DNA of 57,529 nt. It comes from Candidatus Micrarchaeota archaeon. Its GTDB lineage: Archaea; Micrarchaeota; Micrarchaeia; Micrarchaeales; CABMGC01. The notes under the pieces are model-generated. The model was not told where the DNA came from and ran no database searches. It saw only the letters and a program-made list of their open reading frames with translations. The stretch spans positions 1 through 57,529 of the forward strand of contig JAKAVL010000028.1 of NCBI GenBank assembly GCA_021817305.1, in the 5' to 3' direction. A program made the translations under genes and the position numbers. Shown piece after piece: positions 44,750-52,962 of the stretch; within the stretch, counting starts at the first letter, position 1, and each line of letters opens with the position of its first letter.

Positions 44750-45157
44750 ATGGCAGGTGTATGCGTGGAGATACTGAGCATATCGATGGACAGCGCATCG
44801 CTGAAGCAGCTGAACGAGGTGCAGAAAAGACTCGGCTTCAAGTCCCGCTCCAAGATGCTCAGGAGCGCGGTGCTGAGCCTGCTCAAGAGCCACAGCGACC
44901 TCGAGGCGCTGAAAGGCAGCGTGGAGAGCGTGTTCGTCGTAACGTACACGGAGATGGAGAAGAACCACGTGTCTGACCTGCTGCACGGATTCGGGGATAC
45001 AGTAAAGACGAGCATGCACCACCATGAGTCCGGCATAGGCGTGGACATACTCAACATCAGCGCGCCTGCCAAGAAAACGCGGGAGCTTTACAGCAGCCTT
45101 GAGAGGAACAAGTGCGTGCGCTCCGTTTCGTGCGTGGTCGTCAAGGAAACAGGGTAA
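44750..45157 (+). CDS. nikR: NikR-like ribbon-helix-helix metalloregulator
   Basis: RHH N-terminus ILSISMDSASLKQLNEVQKRLGFKSRSKMLRSAVLSLL, ACT-like C-domain with MHHHESG. The Cys of the canonical high-affinity Ni site is not evident. Confidence 0.7.
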   Translation: MAGVCVEILSISMDSASLKQLNEVQKRLGFKSRSKMLRSAVLSLLKSHSDLEALKGSVESVFVVTYTEMEKNHVSDLLHGFGDTVKTSMHHHESGIGVDILNISAPAKKTRELYSSLERNKCVRSVSCVVVKETG

Positions 45158-45223
45158 TCGCGCATTTGCATAGGCTTAAATCTTAACGTGTATAATCTAT
45201 TTCCCATACTTCACGTGACTTGT

Positions 45224-45583
45224 ATGGAAATCAAAAACCCCGATATGAAGGAACTTGTGATACACCATGTCTATAAGGTCGACACCGAGGAGCTCGCGAA
45301 GCTCTCGATAAGCACCTCGAATGCGATGCACCCGCTGTTCTGGCATGACGGCATACTCTTCTTCTACCACCAGATACCGCTGATAATGAACCCGGAGGTG
45401 ACGAAGGACTATATAAACGGAAGGGAGCACTGGGAGGAGGCTTATTACTCTGAGTTTAGCTCGTACATGGAGAGCGTGGAGATAGAGGACGGCGGCTTCA
45501 AGGGCGCCAAGGTGCGCGTGGTCAATGCAGCGCAGTTCTCGCCCCACAGGGAGTTCGTCGCCTGGATCAAGAAGCAGAAGTGA
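45224..45583 (+). CDS. hypothetical protein
   Basis: Start assumed at MEIKNPDMKEL. Its last ~29 codons are duplicated in diverged form at 47014-47101. Confidence 0.45.
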   Translation: MEIKNPDMKELVIHHVYKVDTEELAKLSISTSNAMHPLFWHDGILFFYHQIPLIMNPEVTKDYINGREHWEEAYYSEFSSYMESVEIEDGGFKGAKVRVVNAAQFSPHREFVAWIKKQK

Positions 45584-45609
45584 AGATAGGAATGCCGGCT
45601 TATTTTATG

Positions 45610-46863
45610 CTACAGGCAAAACGCAGGCACCTTGAAGACCTTAGTGCCGTTTATCTTTTCCTCTGAGAACTCGTTCATAGTAACTATCAGGGCGCGCTTT
45701 GGCTTGTATACATTGATGAAGCTGTAGAAACTCCTTCCCAGCGCGCCGGTGCCTCCCATTTTTACCTCAATAGGCACTATGCCATCGCTGGCTTCTATCA
45801 CAAAGTCAACTTCGGCATCTGCCGTGGTGCGCCAGTACTTTGTCCTGTATCCCATAATCTCAAGTTCCTCGAATACAAAGTTCTCTGTGAGCTTGCCGGC
45901 ATCGTCTCTGTTGTCAAACGGCAGCATATTGCCAAGCACGTAGTTCCTCATTCCCAAATCCCTGAAATACAGTTTCGGCGACTTCTTCAGCTCTGTCACC
46001 ACATTCCTGAAGAACGGGTACACAAGCTTGATCATGTATGTATTGGACATCACTTCAAGCATCTGCCTCGCCATGTAATGTGTCGTGTGCAGATCACTTG
46101 ATAGTGATGACAGATTCAATATATTCGAGATGTTGAACGACAGAGCCTTAGCGAAATCAATGAACTTGTTTGTATCCTCGACCTTGAAGAACCCAACAAC
46201 GTCCTTGTCCACATACAGATCAAAAATGTTTTTCAGTATCGTCTTCATCAGGTCAATATCATCATTCGCTTTTACAACTTCTGGATAACCGCCATGCACC
46301 ACATACCTCTTCCAGTGACCGCTCAGTTCGTCGGAAAATGCAGGTTTTTGGGGGCTTGTTCCGTTCGCTATGAACTTCCTTATCGATTCATTGACGCTCT
46401 TGAATGATTTGTAAAGTCCCCCGTCTCTGACTGCAAGGAATTCGCCAAAGGAAAATGTCATGAGCTCGTACACGAATGCACGGCCCTCGAGAGCATACAT
46501 GACATTGTTCCGCATTTCCAGTGAGGACGAGCCGGATGCGTATACCTTCAGACCATCTATTTCGTCGTACAGCAGCTTGAGCTTCTCTCCTGCGCCGTTT
46601 ACCTTCTGCACCTCGTCGAGGAACAATGTCAGTTTGCTTCCGGTCTTGAACCTCCCGACGAACGCAAGCGGTTCTGTTTCGAACGACCTCCTTGCTGTTG
46701 CATTGTCCAGATTCACGAACCTCCTGCTGCCGCTGGTTTTCGAGTATATGTCCTTTAGTAACGTCGTCTTGCCCGCCTGGCGCGGACCTTTGACTATCAA
46801 GTATTCCCTTCTTTCCGAGTACTTTCGTATCTCGTCCTCGAGATCCCTATGCAGCATCTCCAT
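45610..46863 (-). CDS. AAA+ ATPase with DUF4143-like C-terminus (COG1373-type archaeal ATPase)
   Basis: Walker A GPRQAGKTTLL and Walker B LFLDEVQ. 417 aa. AT-rich codon usage compared with its neighbours. Confidence 0.8.
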   Translation of the reverse strand: MEMLHRDLEDEIRKYSERREYLIVKGPRQAGKTTLLKDIYSKTSGSRRFVNLDNATARRSFETEPLAFVGRFKTGSKLTLFLDEVQKVNGAGEKLKLLYDEIDGLKVYASGSSSLEMRNNVMYALEGRAFVYELMTFSFGEFLAVRDGGLYKSFKSVNESIRKFIANGTSPQKPAFSDELSGHWKRYVVHGGYPEVVKANDDIDLMKTILKNIFDLYVDKDVVGFFKVEDTNKFIDFAKALSFNISNILNLSSLSSDLHTTHYMARQMLEVMSNTYMIKLVYPFFRNVVTELKKSPKLYFRDLGMRNYVLGNMLPFDNRDDAGKLTENFVFEELEIMGYRTKYWRTTADAEVDFVIEASDGIVPIEVKMGGTGALGRSFYSFINVYKPKRALIVTMNEFSEEKINGTKVFKVPAFCL

Positions 46864-46902
46864 GCAGGATATTTGTACGTTAAGATATTTAAATTTAACC
46901 CT

Positions 46903-46980
46903 ATTATTTTTGAATTCATTTGATTTTGATAGGATTATTTTTGAACAAGTTTGATTTTAATAGCGTTAATTTTGAATGCA
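46903..46980. repeat. 2.5 tandem copies of a 31-bp AT-rich repeat upstream of the AAA ATPase gene
   Basis: attatttttgaattcatttgattttgatag (46903-46932), attatttttgaacaagtttgattttaatag (46934-46963), and partial ttaattttgaatgcat. Confidence 0.6.
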
Positions 46981-47013
46981 TCAATGCAAGAAACATAGTA
47001 GCAGTGGCTGCAT

Positions 47014-47101
47014 CTTCAAGGGCGCCAAGGTGCGCATAGTCAAGGCCGCAGGATTTTCTCCAAATGGAAAGTTCGCGGAGTGGGTCAAGAAGCAGAGATG
47101 A
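47014..47101 (+). repeat. diverged duplicate of the 3' end of the gene at 45224-45583
   Basis: Encodes FKGAKVRIVKAAGFSPNGKFAEWVKKQR*, against GFKGAKVRVVNAAQFSPHREFVAWIKKQK* in the intact gene. The first 22 nt are identical. Confidence 0.75.
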
Positions 47102-47154
47102 TTTGCGAGCGCATCTGCGTTTTGGTGAACTGCATTCCAAAGGGCTCGGACCCC

Positions 47155-47414
47155 TTAGCACAGTCTCTTGGCACGCGGCACGGCGTATGCTCTTGCGCAA
47201 ATCACTATCACCCCACGGTTTCCCGTATTTATGACGTTTGCAATTTCTCTGCTAGCAACCACAAATACAAGTTCTGCGCCACCCTCTTCGCCTTTTCCAC
47301 GCATTTCTCCGATTCCTCCTTATCGCATTCGTCTGGCACTCGTAGATTGCCAGATTACTGGAATCCTGCAGGCTTCTAGCCTTTGCCTTTACTAAGGCTA
47401 TGGACCTTTGTGCG
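47155..47414 (-). pseudogene. frameshifted 3' remnant paralogous to the gene at 16037-16420
   Basis: A 30-nt identical core (47318-47347 = reverse complement of 16259-16288, encoding IYECQTNAIR). The flanks are homologous but need at least 2 frameshifts (EESEKCVEKAKRVA / ELVFVVASREIANVINTGNRG). The 5' part is absent and the remnant abuts the ABC permease stop. Confidence 0.65.
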
Positions 47415-48179
47415 TCAGCCAACTTCTGTCTTCCTGAATGCAAGCACCGCAAGCGAAACCATTATCACAGCGGATATAGCGATGCCGAGCAGATCCGCCC
47501 AGATCGAGAGCGTGCCTGTTCCGAGTAGCGCATTCCTCAGGCCGTCCACGCCATACGTCAGCGGGTTCAGGTACATTATGAACTGAATGGCCTTCGGCAG
47601 CGCGGTTATCGGGAATATGCTGTTCGACAGGAAGAACAACGGCATGGTGAAGAAGCTCGTCACGAGCTGGAAGCCCTGGAAGTCGTTTATCATGGAGCCT
47701 AGCGTAAGGCCGAGGCCTATGAAGGTAGTAGCTATGAGCGCCATGAAGACCACCGCAAGCGCGGTGTACACTGTAACGTGCATCTGGAATCCGACAAGCA
47801 AGGCTATTATCACAACGAGTATGCTCTGCAGCACTGCGGTAGTGCCTCCCCCGAATATCCTGCCTATTACTATCGATGACCTTGAGTTCGGGGTAACGAG
47901 TATCTCCTTGAGGAACCCGAACTGCCTGTCCCACAAAACCGCTGAGCCGGTGAATACCGATGTGAACAGGAGTGACATGCCGATTATTCCCGGCACAATG
48001 AAGTCGAAGTAGCTGCCTCCTGTGCCCAAGTTTATCAAGGATCCGAGCCCCAGGCCAAGACCCAGCAGGAAGAATATCGGCATCATCATCATGCCTACTA
48101 TCCTGGATTTTGCCCGGACGAACCTCTTCAGGTCGCGCAGCCACAGCACGTAAATAGCGTTTGTGTCCATCTCAATCAA
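47415..48179 (-). CDS. ABC-2 type transporter permease
   Basis: 254 aa with six TM helices. Follows the ATPase gene after a 1-nt gap. Confidence 0.8.
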   Translation of the reverse strand: MIEMDTNAIYVLWLRDLKRFVRAKSRIVGMMMMPIFFLLGLGLGLGSLINLGTGGSYFDFIVPGIIGMSLLFTSVFTGSAVLWDRQFGFLKEILVTPNSRSSIVIGRIFGGGTTAVLQSILVVIIALLVGFQMHVTVYTALAVVFMALIATTFIGLGLTLGSMINDFQGFQLVTSFFTMPLFFLSNSIFPITALPKAIQFIMYLNPLTYGVDGLRNALLGTGTLSIWADLLGIAISAVIMVSLAVLAFRKTEVG

Positions 48180-48180
48180 C

Positions 48181-49179
48181 TCAGTTCCTCCTGCCGCTCC
48201 AGGCCTTCCTGTGCGCCCTCATCGAGTCCATTGCGCCGCCCTCCTCTTCGCGGATGCTCTTTCCGGTATAGTGTATGAAGACGTCCTCAAGGCTCGGCTT
48301 GTGAAGAGACACTGCGTCCACCTTCACGTTGTGCTTCTCCGCTATCTCCATCAGCGCCGGTATGCGCTTCTCCCCTTCTTCCACAGTGAGGTCCATCGTT
48401 CCGTCATGCCTCGATACGGCCTTCACCCACTTGGTCGACTTGAATGACTTCTCCAGCGCACCGTCTCCGCCCGATATCTGCAATGACACGACGTCCCCTC
48501 CGAGCTTGTCCTTTAGGATCTTTGGGGTATTCAATGCGACAAGCTTTCCATGATCGACTATGGCCACCCTGCCGCAGAGGTAGTCCGCCTCCTCTATGTA
48601 GTGCGTTGTAAGTATAAGGGTGACCTTGCTGACCTCATTGAGCCTCTTTATGTAGTCCCAGATGTGGCGCCTTGTCTGCGGATCCAGACCAACGGTAGGC
48701 TCGTCGAGGAAGAGGACTCTTGGCTCATGGATAAGTCCGCGCCCTATCTCCAGCCTGCGCTTCATCCCTCCGGAGTAGAACTTGACGAGCGTGTCTGCCT
48801 TGTCCTCAAGCTCGACAAGCTTCAAAACCTCCTTTATCTTGCGCTCCCTCTGCTCCTTTCCTATCTTGTACAGTATAGCATGGAACTCGAGGTTCTCGCG
48901 TCCTGTGAGCTCATCGTCAAGCGAGGGGTCCTGGAAGACTATGCCTATGCTGTTGCGCACGCTGTTCTGGTCCTTCCTTATGTCATGGCCTGCAACGTTA
49001 GCGTTTCCGTGCGTAGGCTGCAGGAGCGTAGTCAGCATCTTTATCGTTGTTGTTTTGCCTGCGCCGTTCGGCCCCAATAATCCGAATATCTCGCCCTCCT
49101 TCACGGAGAACGAGACATTGTCCACTGCGCGCAGCTTGCCGAACTCCTTGGTAAGATTCTCTACCTTAATCATGTCCAT
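48181..49179 (-). CDS. ABC transporter ATP-binding protein (DrrA/CcmA-like exporter type)
   Basis: GLLGPNGAGKTTT (Walker A), YSGGMKRRLEIGRGL (signature) and LFLDEPTVGLD (Walker B). Confidence 0.9.
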   Translation of the reverse strand: MDMIKVENLTKEFGKLRAVDNVSFSVKEGEIFGLLGPNGAGKTTTIKMLTTLLQPTHGNANVAGHDIRKDQNSVRNSIGIVFQDPSLDDELTGRENLEFHAILYKIGKEQRERKIKEVLKLVELEDKADTLVKFYSGGMKRRLEIGRGLIHEPRVLFLDEPTVGLDPQTRRHIWDYIKRLNEVSKVTLILTTHYIEEADYLCGRVAIVDHGKLVALNTPKILKDKLGGDVVSLQISGGDGALEKSFKSTKWVKAVSRHDGTMDLTVEEGEKRIPALMEIAEKHNVKVDAVSLHKPSLEDVFIHYTGKSIREEEGGAMDSMRAHRKAWSGRRN

Positions 49180-49198
49180 TTTGTCAACCCCAACTGCA

Positions 49199-49645
49199 TC
49201 ATGCGAGCCCTGACAGCCGCTTCGCGACCTTTCTGATCCTGTCCTTGTACTCGGAGAAGGCCTTCTTGTCGCTCTGCGCTAGCTCTTCTAAGTAAGATGC
49301 GCTGCCCTCCATCTTCGTTATTATGTCATCCGTGTCGTTGACAGGTCCGGACTCCCTGCGGTATGTTTTCGTGAGCTCGTACTTGCCCGAAGAACTCTTC
49401 TTGATGACTCCCTCTCCGGACAGCTGCTCCAGCAACGGGTATATGGAGCCTGGGGAAGGTCTCCACCAGCCCCTGCTCATCTCCTGTATTGAGTCCATTA
49501 TCTCTATCCCGTTTTTAGGCCCTGATTCGAGCACCTTGAGCACAGTAGGGCGTATCCAGCCCCGCTGCCCGAAGTTCATGCGCCACTGTGCCGCATGCTG
49601 CCATGCGTTGTTGCCTCTTCCGGAACCCTCATTATGTGCGTGCAT
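49199..49645 (-). CDS. PadR-family transcriptional regulator
   Basis: RPTVLKVLESGPKNGIEIMDSIQEMSRGWWRPSPGSIYPLLEQLSGEGVI is the PadR winged helix. First gene of the ABC operon. Confidence 0.85.
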   Translation of the reverse strand: MHAHNEGSGRGNNAWQHAAQWRMNFGQRGWIRPTVLKVLESGPKNGIEIMDSIQEMSRGWWRPSPGSIYPLLEQLSGEGVIKKSSSGKYELTKTYRRESGPVNDTDDIITKMEGSASYLEELAQSDKKAFSEYKDRIRKVAKRLSGLA

Positions 49646-49666
49646 AAAACCACTTTGCTTATTAGA

Positions 49667-49696
49667 TATCGTTTACACAATATTTAGTAAACGATA
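49667..49696. promoter_or_regulatory. perfect 10-bp inverted repeat (candidate PadR operator) between the TATA box and the padR start
   Basis: TATCGTTTAC-N10-GTAAACGATA. The AT-rich TATA-like aaatatataa lies immediately adjacent. Confidence 0.4.
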
Positions 49697-49737
49697 AATA
49701 TATAAGGCTTTGGAGGCGCTGCGGTAATATAGGGAAC

Positions 49738-49932
49738 ATGCAGTTCCTGAACAGCATAGTCGGCTCGGGATACGTTACCCATTTGGTCATGGCTCCGGGA
49801 TGGAAGGACTCCGCGGGGGCCAAGGCGAAGGTCTCTGTCGCAAAGGGAAGGGGCCTTGAGATAATAGACAAGATTAATACCGTAGACCTTCAAAGAATCC
49901 TGAGGAGCGCGACAAGGTACATGACGCATTGA
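49738..49932 (+). CDS. hypothetical small protein (possibly leaderless)
   Basis: 64-aa ORF with core-like GC. A TATA-like aaatatataagg lies about 30-40 nt upstream of the ATG. Divergent from padR. Confidence 0.35.
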   Translation: MQFLNSIVGSGYVTHLVMAPGWKDSAGAKAKVSVAKGRGLEIIDKINTVDLQRILRSATRYMTH

Positions 49933-49948
49933 CTGATTGACTGCTCAG

Positions 49949-50947
49949 TCACTCCCTTATCTTCAATGCCTTCTTTATGTTGCTGTAGGTGAGCTGCTCG
50001 ATCTGCGATTCGGTGAATCCGTTGCTGCCCACCAACCATCCGAGAAACTTCGAGTAGGTGCGCAGTGTCTGTATGCCTGATGCGTAGCTTCCGGCAGGCT
50101 TCGAGGCGTCGAACTCCTTCTCCGCCCTGGTATGCGGCGCATGGTCCGTGCCTATCCAGTCTATCATACCGTTCTTCAGCATCTGCGTCAGCTCCTGAGC
50201 CATCTCTGCGCTGCGTATCGGGGGATTGACTTTGTACACCGCACCGCTCTCGTCCTTCATGTCATTTCCCACAGACAGGCTTAGATGGTGTGGGGTGACC
50301 TCGCAGCTTATGCGCATGTCCTTCCTTGCCTGATCAACAAGGCGCACCGACTCAGGCACAGAGGTGTGGCCTATGTGCAGCTGTCCCCTGAACCCTGCCT
50401 CGCGTGCAAGACGTATCTGATCGCGAACCGATTCCACCTCTGCCTCCGGGGGCTTGACCCTGCCCCAGGAACTTGGAGCCTTTGGATCCCATAGATTGTA
50501 ATTCGAGAGGCCCTCCTTCTCGCAGTGCACGACTATTACGCCGGTGTATCCTGCCTCTGCAAGAGTCTTGTACACCTGCCGCTGCGCGTCCTCAGAGACT
50601 ATCGCGAGGTCCCCGGTTGACTTGCCCGCGTACATCTTCATGCCCACCACGTGCTCGTTGTCCTGGACTATAGACGCCATCTCGCGCAGCTGGTCTGGGT
50701 CGGAGGTTGCGCCGCCCCAGAGGTAGTAGCCATCGAGGCAGTTCTGCGTGTCAGCGGTGATGAGCCTGCTCTCTATTCTCTGACGCGTGGTTAGCGCGGG
50801 CTCCGTGTTGGGCATGTCGCATATTGCCACTATACCCTGACTCCTTGCAATCTGCGTAACTTCAGTAATCGTCGACTTGTAGGACTGAGACCAGTCCCTG
50901 CAATGCACGTGGGGGTCTATGTGCTTTTGTTTTGCAGGCAAGTACAT
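49949..50947 (-). CDS. pyrC: dihydroorotase-like cyclic amidohydrolase
   Basis: IDPHVHCRDW (HxH metal site), IGHTS and IGTDHAPHTRAEKE. 332 aa. Confidence 0.6.
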   Translation of the reverse strand: MYLPAKQKHIDPHVHCRDWSQSYKSTITEVTQIARSQGIVAICDMPNTEPALTTRQRIESRLITADTQNCLDGYYLWGGATSDPDQLREMASIVQDNEHVVGMKMYAGKSTGDLAIVSEDAQRQVYKTLAEAGYTGVIVVHCEKEGLSNYNLWDPKAPSSWGRVKPPEAEVESVRDQIRLAREAGFRGQLHIGHTSVPESVRLVDQARKDMRISCEVTPHHLSLSVGNDMKDESGAVYKVNPPIRSAEMAQELTQMLKNGMIDWIGTDHAPHTRAEKEFDASKPAGSYASGIQTLRTYSKFLGWLVGSNGFTESQIEQLTYSNIKKALKIRE

Positions 50948-50980
50948 TACAGCACCGCAGACGATTGGGATTTGTTGCTT

Positions 50981-51643
50981 TTATGGTTTTGGGTCATGGA
51001 TTCCCATTACGAAGTTGACCTCAAGGCTGAATCGATGCATTCCGTGCTCCATCGCCTCGCCCAGTTCTGCAGCAATGCCTCCGCGCGCCATCATTGCAAC
51101 AAGCAGTATGCCAAATCCTGCGCCCCTCGAGCATAAACAGGATTGCGCAAGCTCCTTGGGCATGTCCCTGTTTAGAATACGCAGCATATAGCGGTTAAGG
51201 TCATCCTCGGTCTTGTTGCGAACGAAATTGACTCTTGTGCTCAGGCCCTCCCATTGCTCATTGTTCACCACTCCGGAAAACCTGATGAGAAGTACATCGT
51301 CCACGGAGGCGCGCTCGACGGAAATGGATGGCACGTCAACGAACCTATGGTCAGTGTACGTATTGGAGTTTACCTGGAGCTCTACGAGTATCTGCTCGAT
51401 GCGATGCCTGCTGCGGCCCTCAAGATGGAACACGTAGCTTACCAGACCGGCATTCGCGCTTATCCTATCCACAAGGAATGGAGCAGGAAGCTCCACGGAT
51501 ATTGAATTATCGGATTTCCGAAATGCGCATAGGACCAAGGGCTTTGGCGATGCGCCTTCAGCGGCAATGGCGGTCTGCTGAACTGCCCGCCGGACATTGC
51601 TTGCCATTGGATCATCCTGTTCGATTACCCTGTCGCCCTTCAA
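50981..51643 (-). CDS. hypothetical protein
   Basis: 220-aa ORF with no family recognised. The start may be MASNV (51607), which would avoid overlap with the upstream Nudix gene. Confidence 0.4.
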   Translation of the reverse strand: MKGDRVIEQDDPMASNVRRAVQQTAIAAEGASPKPLVLCAFRKSDNSISVELPAPFLVDRISANAGLVSYVFHLEGRSRHRIEQILVELQVNSNTYTDHRFVDVPSISVERASVDDVLLIRFSGVVNNEQWEGLSTRVNFVRNKTEDDLNRYMLRILNRDMPKELAQSCLCSRGAGFGILLVAMMARGGIAAELGEAMEHGMHRFSLEVNFVMGIHDPKP

Positions 51644-52070
51644 TCTTATAGAACAGCTTTATGCTCATGTCCTCGTCCTGTATGAGGGGCATGGAGAGCG
51701 CCTCCTCCGGGGTCACCCACCTGAAGTCCTTGTGCTCTCTCGGGTCAAGCGTTATCGAGTTGCCTTGGGGAAACTCCGTAGAGAACATGTGGTACACGAA
51801 GTTGTAATCCTGATATCGCACGAACGTCTTGCCCCAATACGACATGTCATCCTCTGGTATCCGTATCCCGGTTTCTTCGAACATCTCGCGCGCCATCGCG
51901 CCAGGGGCTTCCTCTCCCTTCTCCACCTTCCCTGCGACAACGCCCCAGGTGTTCGCCTGGCTCTCCGCATCGGAGCGGCGAAGCAAAAGGAACCTTCCGC
52001 TGTCTTCAAGGAAACAGCTGACGATCTCGAACCTCGGCCTGAAGTTTTGGGGCTCCTGAAGGTACATCAT
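51612..52070 (-). CDS. Nudix hydrolase
   Basis: The Nudix box is GVVAGKVEKGEEAPGAMAREMFEETGI. Confidence 0.85.
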   Translation of the reverse strand: MMYLQEPQNFRPRFEIVSCFLEDSGRFLLLRRSDAESQANTWGVVAGKVEKGEEAPGAMAREMFEETGIRIPEDDMSYWGKTFVRYQDYNFVYHMFSTEFPQGNSITLDPREHKDFRWVTPEEALSMPLIQDEDMSIKLFYKIEGRQGNRTG

Positions 52071-52108
52071 GATAAGTTATTGCACAGTCACCTATAAAAA
52101 ATATGTGC

Positions 52109-52600
52109 CTACCGCGGCGTCCTGAGGAGCTCCTTAGGGAACTCGAAGGAGAGGAGCCTGCGCGCCTTGCGCATGCTCACCCAGGAGTACCCGCTGTGCT
52201 CTGCGCTGAGCCGTATCCTTGAGCCGGGGGGTATGCTGCACTTGTACACAATAAACATCAGGTTGTCTTTCCCGCCATTTATCCTGAAGTTGGCCTTTGC
52301 CGCGCCGAACGGGCCAAGGATCCTGATTCGTGAGATGCCCAGCTCCTCCCTGACCTCGCGCGCAAGCGTCTGCTCGATCGTGTGGTTCTTTATCTTGCCT
52401 CCCGGAAGACCCCAGTAAGGCTTGAATCTGTGCGTTTTCTTGTGCGGCGACTTCAGCAGTACAAGGGCCTCATTCCTGAGATTGATTATAAGCGCCTTGA
52501 CCCCGATGTAAAACTTCTGGTCTTCCAAGAAACAGCCTTGCGTTTTCCATTTCGGCTCGCAGGCTAAAATATCTTTTCGATTTTGATGGATACCGTCCAC
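52109..52600 (-). CDS. Nudix hydrolase
   Basis: The Nudix box is LPGGKIKNHTIEQTLAREVREELGI. Confidence 0.85.
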   Translation of the reverse strand: MDGIHQNRKDILACEPKWKTQGCFLEDQKFYIGVKALIINLRNEALVLLKSPHKKTHRFKPYWGLPGGKIKNHTIEQTLAREVREELGISRIRILGPFGAAKANFRINGGKDNLMFIVYKCSIPPGSRIRLSAEHSGYSWVSMRKARRLLSFEFPKELLRTPR

Positions 52601-52695
52601 GACGGGGTAAAGATCGTATGTTCTGGCTTTTCTTGCGATGCCGACAACCCCGCGGAAAGGCTTATATACTTTTACAACATATTGTATTTAAGTAA

Positions 52696-52962
52696 ATGGC
52701 GGTATGCATGCATTCGACAGTCCAGATACTCGCAAACTTCAGGATTATGAGCCGATGGATAGATGCACAGCATGAGATGTTGCTTTCAAAATTCAAGTAC
52801 AGGTGGATAGCCGTCATGGACAAGAAGGTCGTAGACAATGACAAGAACATCGGCAGGCTTAAAAGAAGGCTTGAGACGAAATATGGCAAGGATTATCAAG
52901 ACACGATTGTGCTTGATTATGTAAGTGACATTACCACTGAGGACATGATTCTGGTGTCCTGA
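52696..52962 (+). CDS. small partner protein of the retropepsin-like protease (DUF5678-like pattern)
   Basis: KYRWIAVMDKKVVDNDKNIGRLKRRLETKYGKD fits the 'kg.wVai.d.kvv...d.....l....g' pattern. The stop overlaps the protease start (TGATG). The start may be ATG 52747. Confidence 0.5.
   Translation: MAVCMHSTVQILANFRIMSRWIDAQHEMLLSKFKYRWIAVMDKKVVDNDKNIGRLKRRLETKYGKDYQDTIVLDYVSDITTEDMILVS

Larger units (their letters stand above)
45584..47013. mobile_element. possible inserted cassette (AAA ATPase gene plus AT-rich repeat region) bracketed by duplicated gene 3' ends
   Basis: Bracketed by homologous 88-bp segments at 45496-45583 and 47014-47101, whose first 22 nt are identical. The interior is visibly AT-richer. 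No integrase is present. Confidence 0.3.

Noticed and set aside
47398-48144. 248-aa minus-strand ORF overlapping the ABC-2 permease in another frame.
   Set aside because: The permease frame gives six clean TM helices. The alternative frame is Arg/His/Pro-rich nonsense.
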